Assembly: GCA_964016885.1 (NCBI GenBank)
Contig: OZ024743.1
Span: 350,610,001 to 350,674,000 of the forward strand
DNA length: 64,000 nucleotides
Direction: 5' to 3'
Source: Eledone cirrhosa
Lineage: Eukaryota
Every line of letters begins with the position of its first letter. Positions within the stretch are counted from its first letter, which is position 1. The position numbers were made by a program, and so were the translations under genes. Below are positions 61,588 to 64,000 of the stretch, one piece after another. The notes below the pieces were generated by a model that searched no databases, had not been told where the DNA came from, and was given only the letters and a program-made list of their open reading frames with translations.

Positions 61588-61680
61588 ATTTAAATTTTGA
61601 AAGCCAAACAATGCATTATGGAGAACATTAGGTAATCTAATGTTCTCCATAACGCATTGTTTGGCTTTCAAAATTTAAAT
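61588..61680. repeat. Near-perfect palindrome (44-bp arms, 5-nt loop)
   Basis: 61588-61631 pairs with 61637-61680 with one mismatch. Confidence 0.95.
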
Positions 61681-61719
61681 TTGTGTTTCCTATTCAACAA
61701 TGCTTCAAGCAAGCTACAA

Positions 61720-61768
<49 letters not shown>

Positions 61769-61921
61769 TTCATGCTGGTGGTTTGAAATTCCTGTAAAGG
61801 AAAACACACTCTCCTCTGTTTTTCCCCTCTATATATTGTATTTTAAAGTGCCCAGGAAAACTCTTTCCTTTGAGCTCATTTAATTACAGGATTATATGCG
61901 AGTCCTTTACTCCGTTATCTT

Positions 61922-61974
<53 letters not shown>

Positions 61975-62479
61975 ACATACACATATATATGTATATGTAT
62001 ATATGTGTATACACACCCATATATATGTATATAGATAGATAAATAGATAAACAGTCAAATATGCCGGTCACAATTTTATTTTTTATTATTTTAGTCTTTC
62101 TGTTTTGATTTCAGTTGACTGTAAACTTCACACAAAACCTTTAAGTCTAACGAAATAATCATGCTTACCAACATACAATTATATTTATCTGCATGTGTGA
62201 GTGTGTAATGCATGTATTACTTTACACTTTTAAACAATAGTTAACTATTTGCACTATGCTATCCAATATCTGACTTGATATGATGAAACCCGTCCAAACC
62301 ATGTCAGTGTTGACAATAGACATAAAATGATGATGATGATGATATTGATAATGATACTGAAGGGTGTCACCCTACATAGATCATTTTTTTTCGTTTACCA
62401 TGGTAAATAAGCAAAGGTAACATGGTGGTAAATGGTGCAGTAGACAGAACTATAACATCCTGAAGACATGCCTGTGAGA

Positions 62480-63340
62480 GCAATTTAGCATGTGAGTAGG
62501 TGTCTGTCAACACTCAGTTTTCAGCCTCTAAAGTTTATTATAATTCTGCAGAAGATTTTAAGACTGGGTGTTTGTGGGAGGGAAGCCCTGTATGCAGTAA
62601 TGGCTTTCATAGTTGAATATGTTTAAGTGTTTAAGAATTAGAGAAGAATTCCGAAACCTAGAATTGAGAGTATCAAAGTAAACCAAGCAAAATCTAAAGT
62701 TTCACTAAATGGAAAAGAAAACTAGACTCTACTACCATCAAAGAGATTCCAATGCTTGATATGCAGAAAAAACGATTATACGGAACTCTATAGTGTGTAC
62801 TAAATTGCTGCATGTGATGGGCAGTGGGATTACAGGCAGGCTGATGGAGAAGTACTTCATATGTAGTAGATGTGTAGGAGTGATCAGCTGTAGGAGTACC
62901 TATGTAATACATTCTTTTAAATGCTTAGTTGGCTCCCTCGAAGTTTTTGATGGTTTCTGTTACTTAATTGATCTAGTTAGTGGTGGAAATATCTAGTCCA
63001 TAAGCACAGTAAACATAAGGTAGAGAAGTCTAGGGAGCTGTTACTTCTGCTGGTAACAAGGAGATTCTCTCTCTGGTTGAAGGGCCGATTATATGATGCT
63101 TGTATAGGAAATGAAATGTTGCTTGTGAGAAAAACATAGACGCTAAATGTAGAGGATGTGCAAAGGCTAAAAAGAAATGAAGTGAGCATGCTCCATCTAA
63201 TTTGTAATATACTTGAACAGTAAAGTGCAAATGAGCTGAGAAAAAAAATTTGGTGTATGAAGAATTTGATTAAATGTGAAAAATAAAACTGAGTTGGTGC
63301 AGTATAGCAGAAGACATGAAAACTAATCACAAAAGGCTGA
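62480..63340 (+). mobile_element. Degraded RTE LINE (family A) fragment
   Basis: SGITGRLMEKYFICSRC..LEVFDGFCYL and LKGRLYDACI remnants. Confidence 0.7.
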
Positions 63341-63359
63341 ACAAGTTTACATTTCTCCA

Positions 63360-63830
63360 GCTAACATTTCTGCATTGTATCTGTCAATAGAGTCAACATC
63401 TACACATTGTATCCCTCTTTCTAGTTAACATATACACACTGCATCTCTCTATCTAGTTAACACCTACATACTGTGTCTGTCTATTTAGTCAACATCTACA
63501 CATTGCATCTGTCTATCTAGTTAACATCTACATATTATGTTTGTCTATCTAGTTAACACCTACATACTGTGTATGTTTACCAAGTTAACATCTATGCACT
63601 ATGTCTGTGTATCTTGTCAACATCTACACACTTTATCTGTCTATCTAGATAACATCTATATACTGTGTATGTCTACCTAGTTAACATCTACACACTATGT
63701 CTGTATTTGGTCAACATCCACACACTGCATCTTGTAGTCCACATCTACACACTGCATCCTGTAATCCACATCAACACACTACATCCTGTAGTCCACATCG
63801 TCACACTTTATCCTGTATAGTTAACATCTC
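63360..63830. repeat. Diverged minisatellite of about 32 bp
   Basis: Repeats of TCTAGTTAACATCTACACACTGCATCTGTCTA, shortening to roughly 24-bp units at the 3' end. Confidence 0.85.
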
Positions 63831-64000
63831 TATAGTCAGGCTATATCTAAAAACTAAGGAATGCTATAGCTCACCAGATTAGCAAATTGATATTGAGAAC
63901 TTGGGTATGTAATAAGAATTCATAGCAATAGGTACAGTTTGGATTAACACAATATAAACACACATCAATATGTATATAATTTCATTGTTAGAATTCATAA

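Overview
AT-rich, repeat-dense eukaryotic DNA. The (GAT)n-tailed RTE LINEs, tRNA-type SINEs and dense TA/CA/CAT microsatellites suggest a mollusc, most likely an octopus; this is inference, not tested. One host gene is visible only by splicing: four + strand exons (3383-3512, 35453-35654, 40805-40884, 47079-47263; 597 nt, phase-consistent GT-AG introns) encode a 198-aa signal-peptide, Cys-rich, folate-receptor-fold protein with a hydrophobic GPI-like tail. It lacks much of the canonical folate-binding surface. Its 32-kb first intron holds nested transposons: two hAT (Buster/Charlie-type) elements with TIRs and 8-bp TSDs, a Tigger-like MITE, a Chapaev3-like fragment, a broken Helitron with about 18 STPR-like 23-aa repeats, many RTE LINE fragments, SINEs, a 1.3-kb palindrome and a 2-kb 31-bp minisatellite abutting exon 2. 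Hammerhead-like cores, long hairpins and tandem duplications occur in the intron and downstream. No rRNA, true tRNA gene or CRISPR array is supported, and I found no clearly new multi-gene system.
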